Assembly: GCF_001194135.2 (NCBI RefSeq)
Contig: NC_068989.1
Span: 10,438,565-10,502,564 of the forward strand
From: Octopus bimaculoides
Lineage: Eukaryota
DNA length: 64,000 bases
Reading direction: 5' to 3'
Part shown: positions 1-11,594 of the stretch, piece after piece
Layout of the letters: each line of letters begins with the position of its first letter
Position numbering within the stretch: the first letter of the stretch is position 1
Notes under the pieces: generated by a model
Told to the model about the DNA's origin: nothing
The model's database searches: none
The model's input: only the letters and a program-made list of their open reading frames with translations
Made by a program: the position numbers and the translations under genes

Positions 1-1117
1 TAAATGAAAGTTAAGAAATATTAGCTTAAAATTTGAAAGAAACATTGAAGAAACAAATTTTTTTAATTAGGCAAGGCATGATTGTTTAATAATTTTCAGC
101 ATTTCACCAGATTAAACTATTTTTGTAAAATTTCTGATTCATTGGCTTATAAATCAATCCAGTTCTTAATGCCAAATGTTCAGAATATAAATGGTAAATA
201 CTAATTTCACTACATAAAAGTAGTAGACTGAGCAAAGTTGAGCCGTATCCCTCTCTCAAGGTATTATTGATTTCTAATCTAGGCTCAAGTATTCATTTTC
301 AGGAGGGGGGGCAGAAGAAGAGGGCTATAGTCAATTTAATCGATTCCACCCCCTTCTCTCTTCATCATTTGACTGATTCTTATTTTATTAACTTTGGAAG
401 GATGAAAGGCAAAATTGACCCCTAACCTCCCACCTCTGTAGGATTAAACCTCATTAATTTCTCTTTTTAGCATTTAATTGACTAAATCCAGTTACGACAG
501 CAATGAGGTTAACACAAAGTTAGATTTTTAGTGAGTGAAAAATGAAACCTCCCCATCATATTCCACAGACCATATTTTCCAGTTTCTCTAATCATCTCCT
601 TTTGATATGAATACATCACCACCACCACCACCATGATGATGTTATTTCTCTTCTTCCTTTTTGACAATCACCTTTCTATGCTTGCATGGGTCAGATGGAA
701 TTGGTTGAGACAGATTTTCTATGCTCTTGCTGTTGCCAACCTTCACCTGTTCCCAAACCAGATAGTATTTTCCTGTAGTTGTTAGACAGGTTTTTCATGG
801 AAGAGTGGAAACAAACAGCATCGCTTGTTTGACGATGATGTCCATTTTCAACAATCACAATATGTCTAAACAAAGGTACACGCACACACACACACATGAT
901 AGGCTTCTTTCAGTTCTTGTCTACCAAATCCAATCACAAGGCTTTGTTTCACCAGAGATTGTAGTAGAAAACAGACTGTTTTCACTGCAAGACATGTTGT
1001 ACCCATTCTAATTTGTTAGTGACCATATTTTAAGCAGTAATAGGTTCTTTTATTTAACTTTTCTTTGGTTATATTAAAGCTTATGCTTGAGACAGATATT
1101 TACCTCTTAAAATCTCG

Positions 1118-1736
1118 TGTTACCTCTCATGTTATAAGAACTGCATTAAGATTATAAATTTTGGATCTTTTTTAAAACGGGGGCCACATTTTTCATTAAC
1201 GAAACACTTTGAAACTTGGAACACTGGTAGAATGTGTCGTATAAAACAACTTTTTCTCTTAGTCTTCTTAAAAAAAAAAGAAATCCATAAGTTATTCCAT
1301 GTTAAAGTTGTCGTATTTCTGTAATTTCAACCAATCACTGACGTTCATTCAGCCGATATACATTAAGTGCCGACTACATAAACAAACAATTAACCCTAAC
1401 CTTAGGGTTAGGGTTAAAGCAAATTTAAAATGAAAAAAGCAAATAAAACGAAGGTATGGAGATTAAATACGCTTTACATCGCTTAATCAGCCAAAGGAGT
1501 AAATGTAAACAACTGAATACTTGTCAGTGATTGGTTGAAATTATTGAAATAAGACAATTTTTTACATGAAATAAATTCGAATACAAAAATATTTTTCTGT
1601 TCTATAACACAAAATAGATAAGTATACGAAGTTTGAAAGTCTTTCCGTACCAAAAACACTACGTAAAACATTAATGAAAAATGTGGCCCCCGTTTTAAAA
1701 TAGATCCTAAATTTTAATTTAAACATTAGAGGTAAT
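1118..1736. mobile_element. Non-autonomous TIR element (MITE), superfamily unassigned
   Basis: Long imperfect inverted arms: GGATCTTTTTTAAAACGGGGGCCACATTTTTCATTAA near 1163-1199 versus TTAATGAAAAATGTGGCCCCCGTTTTAAAATAGATCC near 1671-1707. A second pair is AATTTCAACCAATCACTGAC / GTCAGTGATTGGTTGAAATT. No ORF; ends approximate. Confidence 0.7.
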
Positions 1737-4239
1737 CACAGACTGGCTGAGGGGGACGAAGAGGCTTAAGATGATAAGATTCTTTTTTAAAGGAAGATTT
1801 GGCTGTTATGTTGAACAGACTATAAAAAAACATGTTGAAGCTTTGAAGTTTGTTAAATTTTTGTTTATTAGTATTATTATTATTATTATTACTTTGTATT
1901 GCTCTCAGGGCAGGAGCATTTAAAGTTAATGCTAGTTGGTTTTACAACTTCACTGTTAAACCTTTTGGTAGACTTATCCTAAGTTTTTCTGCTTTGCAGT
2001 CATTGCATCACAGTCACCTAACTTCACGTTCATTTTGTAAATATTCCATAACTATTTACTGCCTTACGTTGTAAATTCAAGAAATTTATAGCATCCTCCA
2101 AGACGATGCTGGTAGTAGTTCAGTTACTATTTCATTGGCTAAGCATAAAGTATTCATTCATTGTAGAGTAGGTAAATGCTTAACCAATTAAATTTAGTTG
2201 AAATTTTTTTTTCTTCTTCTTCTTTCAAATAAAACTGATTTTAAGAGAAATTAAAGAAAAAGAAACACATTGCCTTAAATCTTTTGTAAAATGCACCAGC
2301 ATTTTAGTTGGTGCAAGAATTACTTGTAGGGCTAACTTGGTGCAAGAAGCACAAATATAACCGAATTCATCAACTTGGTTGTTTGTGACATCTCATGAAC
2401 ATGACGGAGCTGGGAAAGTTACTCAGATTCTTATTGTTTTGTACATTTCCCCGCCCCCCATTACAAAACTCATTTGTCAAATTGATTGACAATTGTAAAT
2501 AAAGGTTTTACTAATTTGAATTATTATATTGAAAAAGCTGATTCTTTGTACAAATCTAACACACCCCTCCCCCCACCCATCCTTTTTTTTTGTGCATCCT
2601 TGACTTAAATAACTGTATATATTTTCAGAATAAATCTAGATTATATTTTTTTGTTGTGTGAGTTTATTTTATGAATGCACATCCCCACCGAAGCACAAAC
2701 ACCATTGCAAATTTTCCCTCCTCTGCAAGGCCAAAAGGTATTTCAGTCCTCCCCATGCAGAGCCCCCATTCTGCTAAATCCCTAAAAAGTTCAGGCTTAC
2801 AATGGAGTACTACTCTTACATCCTTGCTATACATACAGACGTTTTAGACTGCCTCAAAAAAGTAATTTTTTTTTTAAAAGGCATGGCTATATGTTAAGAA
2901 GTCTGTTTCCCAACTAAATGGTTCCAGGTTCAATTCTACCCTGGGCAGATGTCTTCTACTATTGTATCAGACTGACCAAGGCCTTGTGAGTGGACATGTG
3001 TGTCTCTGTTTGTCTTCCGCTACTGCTTGACAACTGGTATTGGTCTGTTTACATCCCTGTAACTTAGCAGTTCGGTGAAAGAGACCAATGCAATAAGTAC
3101 CGGGCTTTAAAACGAAAAAGGCCAGCTTTGTCACAGTGTCATGCTGAATCTTACCGAGAATTATGTTAAGGGTATGTGTGTCTGTAGAGTACTCAGCCAC
3201 TTGCACTTGAACATATAACTGGAATACCAGTTATATATTTTTTAAAGCCTGATACTTATTCTATTGTTCTCCTTTGCTGAACTGCTATGTTATGGGGGTG
3301 TAAATAAACTGAAACTGTTTGTCCCCAGCCACAGACATGCACTTACAAAGCATTGGTGGGCCCAGGGCTATAGTAGAACATATTTTCCTAAGATACTGTG
3401 CTGTGAAATAACTTGAAACCACGTAGTTACAAAGTCAGCTGCTTGACTATGTAACCATGCAAAGTTTTTCAGCTTTATAAAGTCAACAAGATATGTAGTT
3501 TAACAAAGAAATTTTATTTCATTTCAGCTCAAATGACATAGCTTGTTTTAAGTTTAAAAAAAAAAAAAAAATTCTAATCAAGAACAAATACATCTACATG
3601 AATGTCTCTGCATGAAACAAAGACATGGAAAATAAAGGTAAAAAAAAAATAATAATAATAAAGAGAGGCAAGGAAGTTTAGATCATTTTGGAAGCATTAT
3701 CATGCTGTCACAGCCATAACCTAGAGACATTATTTATATAAACAGTTGGAAACAAGGGGTTCATATCAGAACATAATGATTTGTCAAAACTGACCAAATA
3801 GCTTTTAAAAGTTATTTTGATTATGTAACATCTGTATTTCGTAGTAGCTGCAATATTTAACACATGACCCATGTGGAGGTATCTCATATTTCTCAAGTGC
3901 AATATAGAAAATGTTTTGACTCCATTTTAAAATTTTTGCCTTTTTTTTTTCTTTGGTTTTTTTTTTGTTTAATCGTTTAGGAACAATATAGATGTGTTGG
4001 ATGAGAACGTCAACCTTTAGAGTTCTCGGTGGTAGGTAATAAGCAGAGAACTGTAGGATTTGACGAGTGAAATGGTTTGACGATAAGATAGGTAACATTT
4101 TGGAAGTAACAATCGAAATGAAATGTCTACTAAATGAGTGTTATTGGTAAGTTTAGCACATGTCGGAAATGTGTACAAATGAGCAATATAAAAAGACTTG
4201 GGATTCAGAAGAGAAGAGCAAAAATTATCCATGTTTGCT

Positions 4240-4485
4240 ATATATATACACATACATCACCATACATATACATATCTACATATACATATTTACATACACA
4301 TATATATACATAATACACACATGCATACGTATATACATATATATATATAGACATACATACACACACACATTGTATACATACATGCATACACACATAAATA
4401 CATATACATATGCATACATAAACATAAACATATATACACACATATATATATACACATGCATACACAGACACATATATACATAATA
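4240..4485. repeat. Compound (TA)n/(CA)n/(TACA)n microsatellite
   Basis: Visible in sequence. It explains the Y/I/T/H and C/V/M/Y-rich ORFs at 4160-4549. Confidence 0.95.
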
Positions 4486-6537
4486 TACAAATAAAACCAA
4501 AAAAAAAAAAAAAACTTTTTTCTTCTTCAGAACAGCAGTTTACTTTCAAGGATGGGTGTTGTTGGACTGATGAAATATTTAGAAGCTGGACCTCCTAATT
4601 TCAGGAAGACTGAATTTATATTTTCTTCATATTTTTTTTTTTTCATGGAAAGTCAAAAAGGAAAAAAAAAAAGTGTTAACCTTGTCTTATTCCCCTTCAT
4701 TTAACATGATATTGAAGTAAGATGAAACGTGAACATTCAGATCTGTAATTGCTCTCAAACATAGTTCATCATATCAAATTTTCTTTAAAATTAGAAAATC
4801 TTTAATTCTTCCAAATTAACACTTTAAAAACTTGTAATCAGTGAATTCAAAATTATTTACTGTATTTCAGAAAGATTAGTGATGAAGAATTAAGTTCATG
4901 ATTAATTAACTTTAGTTTTTTTGTTTGACATAATTTAAGTTACAATTCTATTAAGTACATGATCTGCTGGAAAAAATAAACTTTCTCCCCTTCTTTACTT
5001 AACTCTCTTATTAGCATATTTCTAATGAAATACACTCCCTTCGTTTAATTAATTTTTCAAAATTATTAGGCTGGCAGAATCAGAATGTGTCGGATAAAAT
5101 ATTTAGCAACATTTCTTTACATTCTGAGTTCGAACCCCACTGAGGTCATCTTTGCCTTTCAGAGTTAATAAAATCAAGTACCAGTCAAATACTAATAAAA
5201 TAAAGTACTGGTCAAATACTAGGTTGATGGTATTGACTTATCCTATAATCCTAAAATTGCTGGTCTTATGCCAAAATTTGAAATGATTATTATAGTAGAA
5301 CATGTATGGCACCTTGGGCAAGTGTCTTCTACTACATCACCGGGCTGACCAATGCCTTGTGAGTATGTCATTGTGTCTGTGTTTACCACCCCATCATTGC
5401 TCGATAACTAGTGCCGGTTTGTTTTACATTCCCAAAACTTAGAGGCTCGGCAAAAGAGACTGATGGAATAAGTAACAGACATTAAAAAAAAAAAAAACAT
5501 AAGTAAGGGTGTTGATTTATTCAACTAAAAACCTTCAAGATGGTTTTTATTCTAGCATGGCCACACTTCAATAACTGAAACAAATAAAAAAAATTTTTTT
5601 AAGTATTATCCTGAATTAGTAAATCTCAGCTTCCTACCTGTATCATGACTCTAGACATTGCTGTACCCTAACCCTAACAAAAATCCAGATCACCCTCCCC
5701 CCAAAAAATCTCTCTCCTCAACAATCCATGCACAGCTTTTAAGCAGTCAGTACCTCACCCTGGGCTATATGTCGGTTTTTAAACCATAAGAGATAAACGA
5801 ATCCGTCAGAGTTGATAGCATCATTCTAACAGAAGTGTATTGTCTGATATTAAGTAAATGGCATCACGATGAAATTATGAATGAGACAAGATGGAAACAA
5901 GACAAGGTTAGCAGTGGCCCTTACCACAACACTGAAGTGCTGTAATAACGGCCCCACACGATAGATCGATGATAATTCCTCAATATCTGTAAGAGTAAAT
6001 AACAAAAATATATGTAACGAGATTCTCCTCCCCACTAAGTATCTAGCAGAGGATGGTGATGGTGAACGTAGGTGGTGAAGACTGGCAGGTATCATGAGAC
6101 GTTTGAAAAAGAGACATTAAAGGTTACAGACACGACAGTCTGATACCATCTCTGCAAAGTTCAAATGGTTGTCAAGGTTTTCCTTATAAAGTTAGATGGT
6201 GCTTTTGAAAGGGATGAAGTGTACATGGGATTTTTGATTGTCTGTGTGTATAGATTATATGTGTGTGCCTGTGTCTAAAGAGATATATATTTCTGTATAT
6301 GTATGTGTGTGCTTTTGTATGATTACATACATTCATTACATATGTATGTACGTGTTTGTGTGTATGTATAACTGAAGAACATGCAGAGTCTGGATATTCG
6401 ACACGTTGTTTGCCTGGGTTATTAAAAATATGTGTAGAGTAAGTGTATATATATGTACACAGTGTAAAGGAATGTGTATTTGTTTCTATTAAAGGAATGT
6501 GTATACTGTAGTGATTGATGGTAGATAAATAACTTTA

Positions 6538-7035
6538 TTAATTGTGTAAGAAAATATTAGCATCTTTCCAGGTAAAATTATTACCATTATCTATAGAGTG
6601 TCTCAATTTTTCAGCAATCATCTTTTGATGTTGCCATTCGTATTTCCATTTATCAGAATCAACTCTTTGACTTTGAGCATTAAATTGGATTGGTGCTGGA
6701 CAGCCATAGTGTTCTAACGTAGCCTGGTATACTTTAGGCATTTTCCCTTCTTTTTCCAGTCTCATATTCTTGTGTATCCGTTGGCAAACAAAACACTGAA
6801 AGCCTTCGATGTAGCTAATACCATTGTACTGCATGACCCCTTCATCTGACGAATACCATTCTCGATGAGCCATCAAATCCTTTAGATATTTGTTGGTGAT
6901 ACCAGTCTTCTTCCACTGTAAATATTTCTCATATTCTTCATCATTTCTGTTAAGGTAGAGTAAATATTTAGCCAGACTTTCTGCTGTGTCAAAGTCGTCA
7001 ATGATAATAGCTGACTTTTCATGAGGGAGGAAATC
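6538..7035 (-). CDS. FUT10: FUT10/FUT11-type fucosyltransferase (GT10), last coding exon
   Basis: Acceptor TTTACAG|GAT, phase 0. Encodes DFLPHEKSAIIIDDFDTAESLAKYLLYLNRNDEEYEKYLQWKKTG...GFQCFVCQRI...HYGCPAP, resembling the FUT10/11 C-terminus, and ends in a stop codon. The FUT10 versus FUT11 choice is uncertain. Confidence 0.9.
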   Translation of the reverse strand, partial: DFLPHEKSAIIIDDFDTAESLAKYLLYLNRNDEEYEKYLQWKKTGITNKYLKDLMAHREWYSSDEGVMQYNGISYIEGFQCFVCQRIHKNMRLEKEGKMPKVYQATLEHYGCPAPIQFNAQSQRVDSDKWKYEWQHQKMIAEKLRHSIDNGNNFTWKDANIFLHN

Positions 7036-7329
7036 CTGTAAAGAAAGTGTTACAAAAATATTTACATATTTATTCATTTCTTCATTTTTTGATTGGTTAA
7101 AACAGAAGCTTAACCCAGATTACATTTTATGAAGCAGATGAGAAATAACTTTCTTTTACTTTGAACAGGCTGCTGATTCAAGGCAGTTCTGAGTACAATT
7201 TAAACCCAAATCTCTGCATCAACCAGTTGCTAAATCAACTCTGGATAACTTTATACCTGACATAGTAGTAGTAGTAGCATTAAGCAGTGATGAGAAATAA
7301 AAAAAAAAACTTTAAATTAGTTCAAATAT

Positions 7330-7550
7330 GTTTGTGACATTATTTACATCTGACGGATATTTGTCGTCATCTTGTTTGTTAACACGTTTCGGCTGATATA
7401 CCCTCCAGCCTTCATCAGGTGTCTTGGGGAAATTTCGAACCTGGCTTCTCATTCCTAAGGTATTTTTCAATGTTATCATCATCATCATCATTATCATTAT
7501 TATTCAGGTCACTGCCTGGAATCGAACTCAGAATCTTGGGGTTAGTAGCT
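7330..7550 (-). mobile_element. Repeat with a tRNA-like (B-box) head, ATG/ATA microsatellite and hammerhead-like tail
   Basis: On the minus strand: GAGTTCGATTCCAGGC (B-box-like), then (ATA/ATG)n, then GACAC-CTGATGA-A-GGCTG(10 nt)CAGCC-GAAAC-GTGTT. Confidence 0.5.
7381..7423 (-). ncRNA. Degenerate minimal type I hammerhead ribozyme motif
   Basis: CUGAUGA core at 7418-7412, 5-bp stem II GGCUG/CAGCC, then GAAAC. The cleavage triplet appears damaged (G at the H17 position). Confidence 0.5.
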
Positions 7551-7656
7551 TAGTGGTTTGTGACATATTTTAACTTCTAAAGGTAATTTCACTGCAGTCT
7601 TCTGAAAAAAAAAACTCTCACTGATGATAAAAGGTGTAAAAACATCATATCTATCT

Positions 7657-7697
7657 TCCTACTGATGAAGCCTAAGGAGCCAGAAATGCATCTAGGA
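7657..7697 (+). ncRNA. Degenerate minimal type I hammerhead ribozyme motif
   Basis: TCCTA-CTGATGA-AGCCTAAGGAGCCA-GAAA-TGCA-TC-TAGGA: 5-bp stem I, palindromic stem III (ATGCAT) and UC cleavage site. Stem II is degraded. Confidence 0.5.
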
Positions 7698-8253
7698 CTC
7701 CAATAGAGGATGATACTGAGAAGATAAGGTGTTCTTTACATTTTTTACCATAAGCAAGAATCTTTTTTTTCTCTACAGTGAAATTTCCCTTAGAAGTTAA
7801 AACATATTAAAAAACATATTTGAACTAAGCTAAAGTTTGTTTACATCTGATATGTTTCAACTTTTACTATGCAAGTGTCAATTTTAAAGTTATATAAGCA
7901 TCTAATCTAAATGTTCTTGGCACAGAAATGTTGACTCTTTGCTTCAAATTTGTCGTTTTATTATTAATTTATTACAGAAATGAGGCATTGTGTTGCATAT
8001 AAATCACTACATTAATGAGGAATGTATCACAAAAGCTTGAGATTTATATAGGAAGATATATTGTACCCAGGATATTTTAGCTGCATCATTGGATAAAACA
8101 GCTAACCATATTAGGCAGAGTTTAGCTGATTAAGAAACGAGACAACTGTGCCCAACATGTTTAGTGTAGTACAAGGTAGCAAAGGGACTTTCTTCTCTTA
8201 CATCTGCTTTACATAATGTAAACAAATCTATTTTTGAATAGTGAGAGACTTAC

Positions 8254-8428
8254 TCTAACTTTGCTGGAGCCAAGAATTACCGGTACAGTTCCAACCATAA
8301 GAGGGCGCCACAGTTTCTCAGTCATATAGTCATCACAGATTCCATTTTCCATTGAAAAAGCAAACTTATATTTAGCAATAAGCTTGTAAAAGTCCTTATG
8401 AGACATTCCATTGATTGGGTCAACTAAA
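8254..8428 (-). CDS. FUT10: FUT10/FUT11-type fucosyltransferase, penultimate coding exon
   Basis: Acceptor TTTCAG and donor GTAAGT. Encodes the GT10 motif YKFAFSMENGICDDYMTEKLWRPLMVGTVPVILGS and joins in phase 0 to the 6538-7035 exon. Confidence 0.92.
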
Positions 8429-9551
8429 CTGAAATTGTAAACAAAGAAATAATTAAGAAAGAAACCAGATAGAATTGTAATTATTATAAACACAAACAAA
8501 CAAACTGCCCAACATGATCCATACTCTTGATATCAAGAAATGGAATATGGAGTGAAACTAAATTATTTTTGAAGCCAAAATTACAGAAATTTTTTTCGCT
8601 TTTATTCTTAGGCGCAGGAGTGGCTGTGTGGTAAGTAGCTTGCTTACCAACCACATGGTTCTGGGTTCAGTCCCACTGCATGGCACCTTGGGCAAGTGTC
8701 TTCTACTATAGTCTCGGGCCGACCAAAGCCTTGTGAGTGGATTTGGTAGACGGAAACTGAAAGAATTAAGAGGATATTTTCATCAGTGTCACTGTTGGAC
8801 AAGGTGAAAGTTCATTGATGCTCACCTGGAACACAAAGTAAAAAAAAAAAAAGAAATCAATGTAAAATCACAGTATATAGCAAACTATCATGGAAGCCAC
8901 CCTTAAAAGGTCCAATCTAATTGGCTGGNNNNNNNNNNNNNNNNNNNNNNNNNNNNNNNNNNNNNNNNNNNNNNNNNNNNNNNNNNNNNNNNNNNNNNNN
9001 NNNNNNNNNNNNNNNNNNNNNNNNNNNNNNNNNNNNNNNNNNNNNNNNNNNNNNNNNNNNNNNNNNNNNNNNNNNNNNNNNNNNNNNNNNNNNNNNNNNN
9101 NNNNNNNNNNNNNNNNNNNNNNNNNNNNNNNNNNNNNNNNNNNNNNNNNNNNNNNNNNNNNNNNNNNNNNNNNNNNNNNNNNNNNNNNNNNNNNNNNNNN
9201 NNNNNNNNNNNNNNNNNNNNNNNNNNNNNNNNNNNNNNNNNNNNNNNNNNNNNNNNNNNNNNNNNNNNNNNNNNNNNNNNNNNNNNNNNNNNNNNNNNNN
9301 NNNNNNNNNNNNNNNNNNNNNNNNNNNNNNNNNNNNNNNNNNNNNNNNNNNNNNNNNNNNNNNNNNNNNNNNNNNNNNNNNNNNNNNNNNNNNNNNNNNN
9401 NNNNNNNNNNNNNNNNNNNNNNNNNNNNNNNNNNNNNNNNNNNNNNNNNNNNNNNNNNNNNNNNNNNNNNNNNNNNNNNNNNNNNNNNNNNNNNNNNNNN
9501 NNNNNNNNNNNNNNNNNNNNNNNNNNNNNNNNNNNNNNNNNNNNNATTCTT

Positions 9552-9952
9552 AGGCGCAGGAGTGGCTGTGTGGTAAGTAGCTTGCTTACCAACCACATGG
9601 TTCTGGGTTCAGTCCCACTGCGTGCCACCTTGGGTATGTGTCTTCTACTATAGCCTCAGGCCGACCAAAGCCTTGTGAGTGGATTTGGTAGACGGAAACT
9701 GAAAGAAGCCCGTTGTATGTATGTATGTATGCATGTGTATATGTTTGTGTGTCTGTGTTTGCCCTCCCAACATCGAGTGACAACCGATGGTGGTATGTTT
9801 ACGTCCCCTGGAACTTAGTGGTTCAGCAAAAAGGACCGATAGAATAAGTACTAGGCTTACAAAGAATAAGTCCTAGGGTTGATTTGCTCCACTAAAGGCG
9901 GTGCTCCAGCATGGTCACAGTCAAATGACTGAAACAAGTAAAAGAGTAAAGA
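9552..9952 (+). mobile_element. tRNA-derived SINE, family A (head GGCGCAGGAGTGGCTGTGTGG, tail GAAACAAGTAAAAGA)
   Basis: Full-length copy. Many near-identical copies are visible in the window, e.g. 8610-8765+, 18807-19200-, 30822-31221-, 38703-39121-, 43008-43340-, 51730-51940+, 54167-54596+ and 58866-59032-. Confidence 0.85.
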
Positions 9953-10087
9953 GATATCCTTTGTTTAAATACAAGATAATTTTGGGGTTATTGCAAAAGG
10001 TACTTACTCATAGAACCATGTAGTGAGACCAAACTCAAAACCATGTGTTTGGGAAGCAAACTTCTTAACCACACAGCCACACTTTAT

Positions 10088-10640
10088 ATCATCATCATCA
10101 TCATCATCGTTTAACGTCCACTTTCCATGCTAGCATTGGTTGGACGGTTTGACTGAGGACTGCTGAACCAGATGGCTGCACCAGGCTCCAATCTGATCGA
10201 GCAGAGTTTCTACAGTTGGATGCCCTTCCTAATGCCAACCACTCCAAGAGTGTAGTGGGTGCTTTTACATGCCACCGGCACGAGGACCAGTCAGGCGGTA
10301 CTGGCAACGGTCACGCACAAATGGTATTTTTTACGTGCCACCAGCATAGGAGTCAGTCCAGCGGCACTGGCAACAACCTTGCTTGAATGTTTTTTCATGT
10401 GCTACCGGCACAAGTGCCAGTAAGGCAACGCTGGTTACGTTCATGCTCAAATGGTGCTTTTTACATGCCACCGGCACAGAAGCCAGACAGCTGCTTTGGT
10501 AATGATCCTACTCGGATGGTGCTGTTAGTGCTCCACTGGCACGGGTGCCAGTCATCGAATTTGGTTCAATTTCGATTTCACCTGCCCCAACAGGTCTTCG
10601 CAAGCAGAGTTTAGTGTCCAATGAAGGAAGGTTGGTATGG
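10088..10640 (-). mobile_element. Retroposon family C (GGAAGGGCATCCAGCTGTAGAAAC domain, (GAT)n tail, internal GC-rich tandem units)
   Basis: The same sequence recurs at 19455-19590+, 25165-25575-, 31810-32180+ and 38003-38200-. It terminates in (GAT)n. Confidence 0.75.
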
Positions 10641-10931
10641 GTGCCAGTCGTCGAATTTGGTTCAATATATATATAGTACCTGTAAATAGCATAGTATGTA
10701 TGTGTATATACATATATATATATATTTAGTATACACACGATCTATATCTATAAGATTCACTGCGTATGTGTGTGTTTTCATACATGTTTAGAACTTTACA
10801 GCACTTGCAGATTAGTAAAGTCTTTGGATTATAAAGACAGGGTGACATGGAGAGTTGTGTCATGTATATAAAGTTAATTAAATTGAAAGGAGATCATGAA
10901 TGAACAGAAGAAAATGATTCGGTCCACTTAC

Positions 10932-11074
10932 CTTTGTGTTTGGGTGATTTTTATAATGTCTGTCTTCAGTGAACACACAAGTGACATTCTTGCACTTGAA
11001 AACATTGAACTGTTCCCCAGTGAATTTAGTCCACCACAGTATAATTGGGTGAGCAATGTTTTCTTGAAGAGCAT
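10932..11074 (-). CDS. FUT10: FUT10/FUT11-type fucosyltransferase, coding exon 3
   Basis: Hand translation: (D)ALQENIAHPIILWWTKFTGEQFNVFKCKNVTCVFTEDRHYKNHPNTK, matching the PIxLWW...C...C motif at the start of the FUT10/11 catalytic region. Acceptor CTGCAG, donor GTAAGT. Confidence 0.85.
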
Positions 11075-11463
11075 CTGCAGAGCCTAATTTATGATGGTCA
11101 ACTTCTGGAATTTAATACAAGCCAAGCATGTTTAGAACTAAACAAATTCTTTCAAAAATATATGATACTTTTAATGAGAAGTTACAAATCTGACTGAACT
11201 TTAAAAGGTGGGGAAAACTCCAAACAGGCTGTTTTATATCATAGATGATAAAGGGATATGGGCAGTAGGGGTAACTTAAAGATGATTTTGGAAGAATAAA
11301 AGAAATGAAATCTGAGTCTAGGAGGCTTTATAGATGAATCAATTCAGTGTTAGGATAGTTCAAAATTTGTATTATAGGTATTTCCAAACAATCCCGACAT
11401 GGAAAAGTAGTTGGACAAGGATAATGGAAAATGCCTGATAAAAGAAAAGGTGAAAATTCATAC

Positions 11464-11518
11464 CTTTGAAAACCATGGGTTCATTGATGAAGACCTTCTC
11501 CTCTCCAGTGATAAGCAT
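11464..11518 (-). CDS. FUT10: FUT10/FUT11-type fucosyltransferase, short stem exon 2
   Basis: TTTCAG|ATGCTTATC...TTCAAAG|GTATGA, 55 nt. It starts in phase 0 and ends in phase 1, exactly bridging exons 1 and 3 (MLITGEEKVFINEPMVFK). Confidence 0.65.
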
Positions 11519-11594
11519 CTGAAATATTTAAATGAAATGTTTTATAACATATTTAAATAAATGATAATGAAGGAAGTAATATTTTTCTCTTATA

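Noticed and set aside
691-1011. Possible plus-strand exon (tag|TTGTTAG...AAAG|gtac)
   Set aside because: The sequence resembles an interspersed repeat (compare 57380-57520) and has no protein motif.
4160-4549. Y/I/H/T or C/V/M/Y-rich ORFs (also 34277-34628, 52864-53189, 58704-58998)
   Set aside because: These are translations of microsatellites.
8868-9628. Long ORFs across N runs (also 15542-16159, 21091-21821, 34259-35383)
   Set aside because: They are open only because Ns translate as X.
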